NCBI GenBank assembly: GCA_002633005.1
Contig: NMRA01000234.1
Span: 447,517 to 511,516 of the forward strand
Length of the DNA stretch: 64,000 nt
Source: Phoronis australis
Taxonomy: Eukaryota > Animalia > Phoronida
Direction: 5' to 3'
In this document: positions 25,101-37,623 of the stretch, piece by piece
How positions within the stretch are numbered: the stretch's first letter is position 1
Layout: each line of letters begins with the position of its first letter
The notes under the pieces: model-generated
The model's database searches: none
Told to the model about the DNA's origin: nothing
What the model saw: the letters and a program-made list of their open reading frames with translations, nothing else
Made by a program: the position numbers and the translations under genes

Positions 25101-27242
25101 CCAGCTAAACAGGGAGAAATGCAGCTTTAAAAGCCAGACAAACAACATTAATTTTCTAAATGGTTTTCAAACAATGGTTTGCCTACTTGTTCTATTATTA
25201 CCCAACAATTAAGATAAGCTTACATTTAACACTGGGCTAGGTACATAGTGATTGGAACTATTGAGCTGTGACAATGATTTGATGATGTCAAAACATTTTA
25301 ATTACATATGTCAATGGCCCATTACCCCACATGGGACTTAACACCACAAAGTGCAGACATCAGCCTCCTCATGGACACAGATCACATTAAAGTATGAATA
25401 CAGTAACTATGTGTAATGAATAACAAATCCCATTTGTTCCTGAGATATGAATCACTCATTCATGAATTGATGCCGTATAAGACAGCAGTGCCTCCCTCCC
25501 TATTCAACAACTACCCGCCTTCCTCAAATGCCACAACTGTTTCACTATACTCCAACCAGTAAATAATTTGTATTTCAGGATTGACCAATCACAAACACTT
25601 AACTGGACAAGTAATTTAAACAACAATGACAGCATTGCTGTTGCAGGTTCATGGTTTGGAGTGAAATACTGTGTTTTGGAATTATACACAAAGGACACTT
25701 TTTAATTACTGCTCATAACCTTACGCACAATGCTTACAGCGCCACCTTCAGTCGTCAAAGAAACTAACATTTGACTTAGTAATACAATTAAATTGCTCTG
25801 AATACGGAATCATTTCTTGGTTATAGCAGATCTGTCAATAGTGCTTGAGATCTAGTTCTGTGCATAAGATGGTCAGTTGTCCACATATTGAGGCTGACCT
25901 CAAGCAATAATGAACGATGAGTTCTCTCAAGCCCCGAAATCACCCCTCATAGAACAATTTAAAGAGGCTATTTAGCATGACTCCCGAACACAAAACTAAC
26001 TTTAGAATTAGACCACCTAACATTGTGAAAATGATATCTAATCCTTCCTTAGTCAAACTGGAGGTGATTTAGGTTTTTGATAGCCTCAGACAAGGCTCTA
26101 CAAGTTGTCAAGTCACAGTTGCTTAAGACCAGGTTTATAACTATGTAAAAGCCTTTTATCAAAGTTATTTGTTTTGACTGAGAGACTTTACTCAAGGCTA
26201 CGAGAAAGGCCAACATATTGTTTAGCTGCTAATATCAACCTGTAAGTTTTTGCTCAAACTCCATATCCGAGAGACTCCTGTAGTGCTCGCAATGAACTGT
26301 TATACAGTTGTACCTGAAATGAACAGTATGGAAATATATTAAAGGTACGCTATCAGTTTTATGCTAAAAAATGCATGTTGAAATTATTGCGGCTTGGGAT
26401 AGACCAAAGCTATAAAACAACCATTTGCTAAATTTGAGGCTTGTGACTTTACAAGGTAAATACTATGGAATTATTAAACTGGTGTGGAAATGTACAACAC
26501 AAACCTATTATGTTTGGTCAGTACTCCCCCTGTGGCCACATCACGTAACTTAATGAATATAAAACCTGAAAAGATTTCTGCCCCAAATGGGACTCGAACC
26601 CCAGGCCTTCTGGTAACAGATGCTGCAGTCCACTGAGCCATCGAGATTACCAGTTGAATACAGAAATGCAATTAGACTTAGTGGTGGACATCTTGGCCTT
26701 GAACTCTGATTTAAGAATTACATTTACGATTTATATACACTCAGGAGTTCAAGGTTGCCCACTACTAAGTCTGATTGGATTTCTGTATTCAACCGGTGGT
26801 CCAGATGGCTCAGTGGAGTCTGCACGGTTAGCAGAAGGTCCCCAGGAGAGTCCTGCTTGGGGCAGAAATCTTTTCCAACTTATATTCATTAGTTCATGTG
26901 ATGTGGCCACAGCTGCATGCTGACCAGATTTAATAAAATTAAAATACTCCGTCATTTATGGAGTGTAGTTTAGATCCACCAGCAGAGCATTGGAATGCGA
27001 CTGCAGAGGCTGTAGAATCGATTCCAATTTCCACGTCTCAAGAAAATTACCTTCTCCACCAATTTCAACCCTTGAACACAAAGGTCCCATGCTAACGTGT
27101 GAGAGTACAGCAGCATTTTTGAAAACTTGATAAATTTCAAAAATCATGTTATGTAATTCGCTGCTCTAAATGTCATCAGGAACTTTCGCTCCATGGTTAC
27201 TTACCTGTCCACATGAAGCCTGAAAATGTTGTTGTGTGCCAT
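16166..27242 (-). CDS. NUDT6: Nudix hydrolase NUDT6-like, 7 coding exons (258 aa)
   Basis: Exons 27242-27205, 26313-26240, 24633-24542, 22425-22317, 20779-20666, 19141-18939, 16312-16166; all GT-AG with matching phases (777 nt). Protein: DRYNCITV..SLDFWKK..LGFTFHHAQPSY..YAHHYIGTGGFVVN..WKLPGGYLEVGEDFGEGAIREVREETGI (intact Nudix box)..FRHMHKFKFGCSDIYFVC. Confidence 0.9.
22437..22681. repeat. Minisatellite, 27-bp unit x9
   Basis: ACAGTAATAAGACTTTGTTAGATCTTG repeated; abuts the acceptor of NUDT6 exon 4. Confidence 0.95.
22838..24292 (+). mobile_element. Internally deleted Kolobok-like transposon (THAP remnant on +, KolX/P2X7-ballast-like remnant on -) in a NUDT6 intron
   Basis: TTAA TSD (22834-22837, 24293-24296), AGG...CCT termini, >100-bp imperfect TIR. 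The plus strand is homologous to the 720-1369 THAP ORF. Minus 23983->23723 reads MAGVG...GGYMFEPMY...WCKCTVCTVMPTSMEYLCC with stops. Confidence 0.85.
26515..26926. mobile_element. Fold-back element with ~190-bp arms, each holding an outward-facing tRNA-like unit
   Basis: Arms 26515-26706 and 26745-26926; A box GATGGCTCAGTGG in both; B box GGTTCGAGTCCC intact in the left (minus) unit and decayed in the right. Confidence 0.7.
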
Positions 27243-29374
27243 GGTTCATTGCCCATAAAATTCTAACGAATCCTGAAAATAATATGTAAATAAAATGATT
27301 GCGAACACATGAATTAGCACAACAACATGTGCAACATAGAGCCTGTACAGTATGCTTCACTTCATTTACATTTAAGTCATTTATAAATTTCAAGAACTAT
27401 AAGATAAGTAGGAGAAATATTTTCCTCACAGGTGAAGCTGTAATCACCAGAATGGGCAGGTCTACTGGAATCGTACTCTGGCAGGTGGATTCACTTTAAT
27501 TCTCTTGATATCACAATGATAGCCTGGGATGCACTCTGTAGACGCAACCTTTCTTGTCACAAGTGCTTGCACGCCTGGTTAGATATCAGAGAGACCTACA
27601 CACAATGTGTAAATGACACCGAGGTGAACTAGGCATGCATGGTGTGGTGAAGCCAACCTGATCAGCTACGTGTTCTGTGGACCTAAGAGACTTACGAAGC
27701 ACTTGTGGCAAGAGTTTTTCACTTATGCAATGAAAACGGTGAATTTTTTCCCATAAATTAATGTTCCAATCTCAGTACTTGCATGGCTGTCATTTTGCTA
27801 CGGCCTACACTTAAGTAAGGTCCTAGCATACTCATGGAATGCTCGTCTTTAACCAACAACTTCATTTGAAACAAAACAAAGGCCATGCAGGTAGTTTATG
27901 AAGTAAGAAAATGGGCGGTTAAGCACTGAAATAAGTGGGGGGCTATAGCCTTCCCAACACCCTATGATATGCTGACCATGATGAACTGATACCACTTTTA
28001 AGAGTTTTGGAAACGTCAAACCTTAATTGTTACCGTAAGTCAATGGTTCATGAGGTATGCTATAGGCAAATGTAAAATGGGTTTAAGCCCGTGTTCCAGA
28101 GAAAAGCACCTTCCCTTCAGGCCACTAACTATTGGTCACGTCGTGTTCCTTTTTAAGGAAGTAATTTTCAGGCTGGCACACAGATTGTTTCCTCCAGTCC
28201 ATGTTCAACGTATAAAATAACACGCTGTGACAAGCAAACTTGTAGAGTAATAAAAAAACTACTAGTTCTTTCACACCTCTGAAATCACTCCCAAAATAAT
28301 AACCTAAGTAGTATAAATCAAAAGTTTGTTCTGAGGGAGAATTGGTTTACAATCACACATGACCACGATCAAACACGAAACCAAAGATTTCGCCAGCACA
28401 CCATTTTTAGCGCCGGGTGACCTGGCCATTTTTTTTTCAAAAACTGTGGTTGACCAATCTTGCACCATCTTAGATTTGCCAATATATGCTTATATTCTGA
28501 AAGTTTGGTAGAAATTCATATCTTCCTTATAGTATCAATCCTTGGAGGACAGATTGGATTGTGACCATACCTAGTATATAGATCTGCTAGCAGGTAAGGG
28601 GTTCAGGGGCAGCTGCATTAGTGAAGAACCGGGGGTGCATTCTGTACACCCAAGAATCTCGCCAAAAGTAAGATCAAGCAAAATCCCACAAGTGAAAAGC
28701 AAGTGTTTCGTGAGTGAAAAGCAAGTGTTTCATGAGTAAGCTAGAGACCTCACTAGCATACCTTTAGCAAAACAGCAGCCTCGTTAACAGGTTAGTAAGG
28801 TTGAAAAGTTGAATTATTCATGGTTTCTGATTGATAATTGACCTCAACTGCATGGTCTAAAGATTGCAGCCCTGTTGTCAGTTACACTACGTGTTCCAAC
28901 TATGCAGTATGGAACAAGTGGAGAACCTATTGTTCATTACAATGTGTAAGACAAGTGCAGAACTTGCCCGTTACACAACTATGGGGCACAGGAAAGTGCA
29001 GAACATGTTGTCTGCTATGTATGAGTACATATTCTAACTGATTGCACCAAATTTGTGTCCTGTGGATGAAATCAACTCTGAGAGGAGCAGACAAATTTTT
29101 TTGCTAACTTTCTTCCATTTTTGTAATACAGCATTAATACAAATTAGACAGAACATTGCCTTGTTCGGACTATCAGAAACCTGTTTGGTTTTTAACTGTA
29201 CATAAACTTTCTAGCGGCAAACATATCACCCACATGTTTCTTGCCTGGTTGAGCCAAATAACTTAGTCCTTTACGGTTGCTTATCATCAACTCTCAAAAG
29301 CATTATTGGACAACTTTAAAAACATGCTTTTTATAAACCGGTAGTTCTATTCAGTCTTTGAACACCGGCAACTA

Positions 29375-32125
29375 TTAAGACAGTCCTTCTCGTTCTTTGA
29401 ATGCCCGTAACTTTTCAAGTTTCACATTGGTTCTTTTCTTTTTTTCACGTTTATTTTGGGACATTTCAGCCTTATGTTTCATCACAAAACTGTCATTTCC
29501 ATGGTAATGAATGTCAAGTTTTTCTTGCATAACCAAACGTGCTTTTTTCCTGTTTGTATCCAGAGACCGGCTATCATGATTCTGAAAAGTCAAGAAAAAT
29601 TACTTGTAGCATATTACTGCACTTTCCAAATTTAGAACAGCTTCACAAATTTAATTTAAGATTTTCATTAAAAGTGCATAATTAAGATGAACATCAGCCA
29701 CAAGACAACAGACAATAACTGAAAGAAGGATTACCATGTTCAACCATTAAAATGTAAAGTTACAGCTCAGCTTAAAGGAGCATGCCACCCAAAAAAAACA
29801 ACCTATTTTGTATCAATTTAGATCCAGTAGTTCTACTCGACAACGGCACGTTCAGTTGTGTTACCTGACACCTGACGGCAGACGGAGGTGTTGAAATTAA
29901 CCAAAGACGTCGTTGGTTTCACACGCAGTCTGTTTAGCAGTTCACAACACGGGTTACTGGTGTCAGCTTATCGCTTGAATTCATCATTTAACACCAATAA
30001 ATCATCAAACCTTAAAAGTAAAACCCTTAAAAATACACCGAGTTCTTATACAAACATGTTGTTTCATTTCACTGTTACGGATTTATTGGTATTTGGACAC
30101 ACTGTAGCCTACAAAGTTCGACAGGCCAATTTACCAAGGTCGTGGCAGGAGTTTAGGGTCTGTTCGAAGATAAATTCGAAGTAATCTTCTGTGAAATACA
30201 GACAGAAGAACCTAGATCTGTGTTGTTTAGACTTGTGATTTTTTAAGTTCTAAACACACAACACACTTGTTATCCCAGCCAGTGGCTTGGAACCCGATCA
30301 GGCCCGTCGCGACCACATTGACTCGTTATCCCGGCCAGCAGCTCGGAATCCGATCAGGCCTGTCGCGGCCGCAGGGACTAGCACGAACATAAACTAGCTT
30401 GAGTTGGAAACTAAACCTCCAGTCACGAAAAGATTATAATAGCGAGCCAAAGAAATAATGTGCACATAATTATTTATGTGAATTAGCCACGAAACCGAAA
30501 ATCTACTAACTTGTCGGGGGCCACGAAGTCAGGTTCCCATTCCAAAGACAGTCAGGGCAAAGGCTATACAGTAACAATGATTTGAATAATGTATTTGTAT
30601 TTCTAAATAAAGATTCCCCTAACATGTGACCATAGCATATAAAATTGAGTAATTGTTTCACAACAGTTTTCTGTCAGTAAACACTGAGTTAGCATGCACT
30701 CACACGGCCTTGGTGCCCGGTCAATTACCTTTATTGCCGGCATCAAAAGCCGGTAACGAAGTGGTTTATTCTTTGCTGGCTTCTCAACATTTGCACTCAC
30801 TAATACTGCAAAGGCATTTCAAATTGTATATAATGAGACAGACTTTGCTTCAGTTTTATATAAGCATTAGTTAGAATGAGAATAATTCATTTTGAAACAG
30901 AACGCAGAAAATAAACGTCTACATGGCAACTCGCCCAGGGCCAATCCTGACTTAGTCAAGAGCTCATCAGGCAAAGACTTCACAGGTTGGATTGTTAGAT
31001 TTCGAAGACTATCAGTTCGAACCGGAATACACTGACCAAGAAATACTAGACAGGCACCGTGAACATGCACAGGCAACGGAATGTATGGATAGTTTTTTGG
31101 TAAGCCGGAATTCGTCAGGGAAATCACTGTCAACAAAATGCCGGCAACAGACACGGAGATGTTTCACGGCCTCATATTTGCTATTAACAGCGTACCTTTC
31201 ATTCTTCACTACCGCAAGCCACTTCCAAAGCATTTCGAGCTCTCGAGGAAATAAAAAAAAATGATATACCTGCTTTCTTTGCAGCTTAATTCATAGTTCG
31301 GACAAGTAGGAACAATGCACCGCAATATAGCGGCATTCACTCTGAAGACGAACCACTGATGTCGCTGTCGTTTCTCACCTTCCTCACGGGTTAACACGAC
31401 ACCTCTCGGCAAGGTGAGGTCGACCGTTTAAGAGGCGATGTGGATATAGACCGATTAAGACGGTAAAAAAAGACTAATTAAATTGGGTGGCATTCTCCTT
31501 TAAGTTATTCAGAAGAAGGTGGCTGCTGGCAGATGTCTAGACTTTCTAATAGAAAGTCTAGACATCTGCCAAGAAGCCAAGTTTGAAGCAAGCAGAATCT
31601 TTTAGAATCGTAGACATAGCAATCAAATTTGATTCCCCGCCACTGCCACCTGAATTACGTTTAAATATAATACACACCATCCTTATCCAAGAACACACAC
31701 TACGTCCTTACTTTAACAACAATCCCAGTTGGTTTATGCTTCAATGTGACACAGTTGGTAGTCTTATTCACACTCTGTCCTCCAGGGCCACTGCCGCGAG
31801 ACAAGTGTTCTTCCAAGTCATCCTCATTAAGTTCTGGGTAATGTGGTTTCTTGGCCAACAGTCGACCATGCTGGATGCTCACTCCCCCAACAGAGTAGGG
31901 CAACAGGCATAAACTGTTCCTGTTGAAGGCATGGAGTAGTCTACAGCTGGGCATCTTGTCCAAATACATTCTCATGTTGCGTGCACCTGAGTACTTTAGG
32001 GCAGTATTCATGCTCACAAAGGGATGTGCTCTTGTCCACGTTCTCACGCTCACATTCCTGATAGCTTCCAAGCAGTGAATCTGCTCCAAGTACATTGACA
32101 AAGGTTGCACCAGTTTCAACATCAT
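29375..32125 (-). CDS. MTRFR: Mitochondrial translation release factor in rescue (C12orf65), 2 coding exons: ~32125 (or 31975)-31712 and 29581-29375
   Basis: [40 protein letters not shown]|[15 protein letters not shown]...: GGQ RF-1 domain plus basic tail; phase-0 GT-AG intron. Start codon uncertain. Confidence 0.9.
29776..31499 (-). mobile_element. Second-family Kolobok-like deletion derivative in the MTRFR intron
   Basis: TTAA TSD (29772-29775, 31500-31503); 17-bp TIR AGGAG(C/A)ATGCCACCCAA. Minus THAP remnant 31328->31090 ([18 protein letters not shown]); plus remnant ~30923-31092 with [11 protein letters not shown]. Confidence 0.85.
31527..31571. repeat. Perfect palindrome, 22-bp arms, 1-nt spacer
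   Basis: TGGCAGATGTCTAGACTTTCTA-A-TAGAAAGTCTAGACATCTGCCA. Confidence 0.9.
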
Positions 32126-33099
32126 TCCATCTCATGCTCCATAAATCACTCTATCTCCATCGTTCAAACTATGCGTTCATTTATCCCGTCTACAAATACA
32201 ACCAATAGTCCCAGTGGTTTCTGTGTATCTCTCAGTCAGTCATGTTATCAGGCAAAGCACAAAATTCAATCCAAACAACCCACTAAGCCAATAACTGGTG
32301 CTCTATTCTATGACACTCACAGCTGACGAGTTTAATCATTCCATAAATTCAGCAGTAAAATAACCGAATAACAACAATTTTAGCACGGGTAATTTAGTTT
32401 ACGCAAGCAAAAGGAGAAGGGAGAGAGTAGTTTCTAATGGTATAAAATTTATGTCAAATTTTGATTTACCAGTCTTCAACAGACATTGTTCTAAAGCTGA
32501 AACAATTATATAAATCGTCCTTGTGCACCCCCAAATAGAGTATCACTGATATATAGGCCAATTTCTTTTTTGATTCGACAATTCTTTAATCAACTGTTCT
32601 CTTCTCACAACTATGTGTTCACAACAAGGAATTGGTTTCCCTTCGTAACAAGTTTATAGTATTTTCAGGGCTCGATGTTTAGCATAACACCAACCTGCCA
32701 AATGCCACCTGGCAAAATTCTTAAGTTACCAAATGGGAAATGAGATCACAAAAATAAAGATATCTTGTGTTAGGGGGTGCGAAAATCCTGGGTCTCACAA
32801 AAAGTTCATAGTCGGTAACAGTCGAAAATGAAAAAACGGGACATCTGAATTGAAGAACCAGAGAACTAAGCAATTTTCCGTCAAGACATAATAGATCATG
32901 TGGCTTTGCTAATTTCCCTTTTCGACAAAAGGAGAATTAAGAGTATGTCATATGCTCAGTAACCACATATCTCATGCGACTCTTTTTTGCGGATTCTGGA
33001 TTGCAAAAAAAATATATCACGTGAACGCAAAAATACCTCAATCCCAGTTTCAACAAATTTTGAAGAATTTACTGCTGAAAACGCTCCAGACACTGCCAG

Positions 33100-33380
33100 A
33101 GACAGTTTTTTACACAAGTTTGATGATTAATTACTCGTCACATACTCGACACAAACCAGAAGATTGATGACACGTTTATCACACTGCGCATTGTACAAGA
33201 ATTCCCGCTTTATTTCCAGTCTCAAAATCTCTGTAATCTCGCTATAAAAACTTGGTTTATCTAAAAATGTGGTCTGAAGCAGAGACTTGAGGCAGGAAGC
33301 CGTAGTGGATGACCATGCAGCAGTCTGGGATGAAGAAGGATGGACTGGCTTTCGTTAGAAAGGAACTTGAGGTAACTAGG
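33100..33380. promoter_or_regulatory. Candidate shared (bidirectional) promoter / first non-coding exon region of MTRFR and MPHOSPH9
   Basis: Non-repeat-looking stretch between the divergent genes, with a TGCGCA motif (~33185) and an exon-like purine-rich segment ending GAG|GTAACT (33371). Inference only. Confidence 0.25.
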
Positions 33381-33754
33381 TGGCAAAATTCAGTTCTATT
33401 CAATCAGTCGAAGAGTCATGAGACTGTATATAGCTGCATTCGTGTAAGCGGGGTATTGTTTTTCTTTCGTTGGTATTTTTAGTTGCTAGGGTAACATAGA
33501 AATTGCGGAACTGACAAGAGTTGCACGAACGCTTGCAGACTGCAGAAATTTTGGCGGAATGGAATTGCGCCTTTTTTTGTGCAAGAAAGCTTTTCTCGAG
33601 TGAATAGGCCTCATATTGTCTTCAGAGTCATAGCATGTCAAGTATGTGTTAAATATAACTCAATGAGTACATATATGCATGTTTTATTCGATGTTATTTG
33701 GCGTACTTCTCATGGGGATGTACACAGCGATGTAAATGTGCCAGGCTATGTGGC

Positions 33755-34535
33755 TGTTGTAGACCAAACTGATTTGGTGCACCTCAATTTGGAGCGGGTT
33801 GGTGAGACAAACTGATGCCTGTGCCAAACTGAACCGCAATTTCCCAAGTTACTGCCAGTGGTTAATAGGGTTATCGGAACTGAAATTGACAACAATGAGT
33901 GCGAGATATAATGGTGAGTAATTAGTTTCTCAGGGCGCTTCCCCCACGTGATTAATCTATACAGCCTGCATACATGTACGTGAGCATTCATTGTCATCAA
34001 TTTCAGGTCTGATCAACATTAAAAAATTCATAACCCACTGGCAGTAATTTGGGAGCTTACAGTCAAGCGGCCTAAATATCGGACATTTTGGCACATTTTG
34101 CAATATATTTAATTGCAAATACTACAAGTTGTTGTAAATGATACAGTGGCGGATTGTCAGTTCATTGAGATGATTTCATTGTGGATTTTGTTTTCAACTT
34201 TTATTACTGATTTATGCAATCGTCCATTTTACGTCGACTTGGGGGTCTAAACTGCACCCTCTCAGGTTAAATCAAAACGAGGCAATGGTATAAGAAAGGA
34301 GACAATGTTGGGCATTGAATGCATTAACAGCGGAAAAAAAATAGATGTCACTTATTTTTCAGATTGTGCTTCAGGTAAGATGTTATAAAAAATGCAATAT
34401 TTAGGTCCGTCCGAGATTCAGGTACACTATGTGTACAGTAGCTTCAGTTTGGCGCAGGCATCAGTTTGAAACACCAACCAGCGCCAAATTGAAGTGAGTC
34501 ATATCAGTTTGGCGCATGCAGTTTGAGCTGCAACA
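33755..34535. mobile_element. Degraded TIR element (~80-bp imperfect TIRs), possibly Mutator-like
   Basis: TGTTGTAG..CCAAACTGAT..CAAACTGATGCCTGTGCCAAACTGAA mirrored by TTCAGTTTGGCGCAGGCATCAGTTTG..ATCAGTTTGG..CTGCAACA; weak NNECE-like peptide inside. Confidence 0.5.
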
Positions 34536-35451
34536 TGGCCAGTTTTTGTTTCATGCGATTGTGATTGGCACTGCCACTGGTCGGACAACGCAGTCCCCGA
34601 TTTTCAGAGCCATTTTCATCCACTGTATAACGGGTCCATTATTCAGTGATTGTCTGGTTCTCAAAATCGGGGTCCATCCGACCAGTGCCATTGGCATTGT
34701 GATTTGGGCATTTGTACATTGTATCGTCCGGTTACCTATTTTCGTCAGGCTCCAAAGTTCGTCCGCCATCTTGTTTCGCGTGCAGCGCAACCATGCGGGA
34801 CTTAGCGTTCCAATTTGGAGTTCTCGTCTGCACGTTAGGTACTAACTTATCGGAAGAGACACGTATCAAAGTAATGAGACAAAAATCGGTGAGTTTACCG
34901 ATTGTTTTTTAAAACCACTTAAAAATCAGTAGATTTTACTAATANNNNNNNNNNNNNNNNNNNNNNNNNNNNNNNNNNNNNNNNNNNNNNNNNNNNNNNN
35001 NNNNNNNNNNNNNNNNNNNNNNNNNNNNNNNNNNNNNNNNNNNNNNNNNNNNNNNNNNNNNNNNNNNNNNNNNNNNNNNNNNNNNNNNNNNNNNNNNNNN
35101 NNNNNNNNNNNNNNNNNNNNNNNNNNNNNNNNNNNNNNNNNNNNNNNNNNNNNNNNNNNNNNNNNNNNNNNNNNNNNNNNNNNNNNNNNNNNNNNNNNNN
35201 NNNNNNNNNNNNNNNNNNNNNNNNNNNNNNNNNNNNNNNNNNNNNNNNNNNNNNNNNNNNNNNNNNNNNNNNNNNNNNNNNNNNNNNNNNNNNNNNTATC
35301 TTTGAATTCCTCATACATCTGACTATCCGTACATATCCATTTCATGACCCTCAATCACTTCGATTTATAACTACGTTATTCCGAACTCGGTCCACTTTAG
35401 CCACGCGCATTGTGAAATCGGCAGCCATTTCAGGGAACTTACTATACCTAG

Positions 35452-35698
35452 TGTTGTATTACAGCAGGTTCACTAGCTAGGCCTCTAGAAGTACTCACCA
35501 GTTAAAACACAGCTATTCAAGCTTCAGTAAAACCCAATCCAGGTGCCCATCCCTGACATCCTGATTGCTTGCTGAAAGACTGCTAGCAGGGTTCCCGCCA
35601 GCAGTTTAAATAAAACAAGCATCCAGGGAACCATAAAACTGACAAATCACAAGACACCACAGAAAGATAAAGGACGAATGATGTTGACGATTACAACA
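35452..35698. mobile_element. Probable solo LTR inserted in the Merlin left TIR
   Basis: TGTTGTA...TACAACA ends; CTAG duplicated (35448-35451, 35699-35702); the right TIR shows the empty site; TATTTAAA on the minus strand. Confidence 0.65.
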
Positions 35699-35943
35699 CT
35701 AGCGCCATCTATCAGCAATCTGCTACAACACGTGCTGTTCCTTTTTCATCAGTTAAAGTCATTGGTTGATTTCGTCAAGTATTAATGTCATCGTTATTAA
35801 TCATCGTTATGTCTGCTCCAGGTCTGCTCTCCTCATCACCTTCGTCGTCTCTCTCGCCATCTTATCTGTCATCATGATGTGTTGTTATTGTCGTCCATGA
35901 GACGCATACCGACATCTATAGTTTGTCAAATGGGTGAACCTTA

Positions 35944-36796
35944 CGGATGTAAGATAATTCTTGTTAATGGCGTAAAGTAATTATTTTCGGCGCAGTGCTG
36001 TTAGTAGTGGGGCGTAGGCGCACGTAAGCGCAGCCAACCACCTTTTTGTTTTTTAACGTAGCGCCTACCCACCGTAAGTTACAGTATATTACAGTCAACC
36101 ACCTTTTTACATTTTATTGTCCCAACCACGTTTTTACATTTTAACGTACCGTCTGCGCGTCGTAAGGGACGGGTAGTAGAGTGGGGCGTAGTCTCGATAC
36201 GATAGCTTACAGCATCAATGCGATACACTGACAACATCATTGTTGCCAAACATTTGGGTGTGCGTTGGACCACCAGGCATGCATGGATGCTCACATGGAA
36301 TTTTTATTAATTTTTCAAGATATAGAAACAGTCATGGTGTCCCATTATAGGTGGATAAAGGGGGGGGGTGGCGAAAGGCCTCGCCGACACACCCGACGGG
36401 CGACCAAAAATCACAACCAGCTTATCATTTCTGGACGTTAAGCTCATATTTTCTTTTATTGTGGTTGATCCCTTCAGAGACCGCTTGGATTGCACATGGA
36501 CTTTTCTCTTCAAATATGTTTGGTTGGCCTCTCTCCAACATCCAAGATCTGTGAGTCAAAAAGTAGGCCTACATGTTTGTGAGTCAGGTTTTGCGAGTTC
36601 AGTGTATTTTTAAAATTCACCGCCCATACGATGGGCTGTCGGCGCCTACTTACCTCTAATTTTACCAGTGCAGCACTGGCATGAAGTAATTTGCCGTGTA
36701 TACCAAATTTTTAAGGCGTTAAGTAATTATTTGCGGCGTAAAGTATTGTCTCTAAATACTTACTTAACGTCGCTAACAAGAATTAACTTTCACACG
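35944..36796. mobile_element. TA-flanked MITE nested in Merlin, itself containing a CAGTGCTG...CAGCACTG element (35993-36678)
   Basis: Imperfect ~40-bp TIR CGGATGTAAGATAATTCTTGTTA / TAACAAGAATTAACTTTCACACG with TA on both sides; the inner element has 8-bp inverted ends and no clear TSD. Confidence 0.55.
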
Positions 36797-37623
36797 TAAT
36801 TTAACGGCGAAACGTTCACTCATTTGGCGAACGAGAGACATTGGCGAAAAAATTCTTCTCCATGTGTCGAAAGTCTTTGCACTTATTCTGCGTTTGCCTC
36901 CCTGCCCTGTTCATAACCCAAACCCCAGTTGCCATTAAACATCTGGGTACGCCACTGACAATGATCGTTATGGATTCTAGGTCTGAATCATCTCCGCAGG
37001 CACATCACATGCGCCCAATTTGTACTTATCATAGACTAGTGGGATGGGTCTGTTCAGTGTATATGGGCGTCCTAAAAAGGCAAAATGTTCTTTTCATGGC
37101 CAAAGTACAGAGACTGTAACACAAAAGATACTGATAAATTGTACACATTTGTTACAATTTGCCATTGCCACACTTAAGTTGGTTGTAAATACGTGAAATA
37201 TTAAACTCAAAAATAAAACCGATGTTACTGGATCACGTGCGCACCCAGCCTCCAATATGGGAGGGCTCGAGTTCTTGGCGATGTGAACCTTTTACGAACA
37301 AAATAGTCGGTCGACTAAAAAAAAAAGAAAAACGTACCATGATGAGACCTGTGCGTGCTGTGAATCGTGCGTTTGCATCTTTTAGTAGACTTTTATCTCG
37401 TTTTCTCGCACCTTTTTGACCACTTCGCCCAATGGGGGGGTTTCGCTCGAGCCCCCCAAGCACTCCCTGGGTGCGCGCAAGTCGATGTAAAATGCATGTA
37501 TTCTAAACTGATCAAAAGGGCCAACAGACCACACAAGCACATGCCAACTGCAGACCTCTGTCGTTACACAACTACCGATCATTGGATACACTACACTTGT
37601 CACGTGCTTTCACAAAAATCGTA

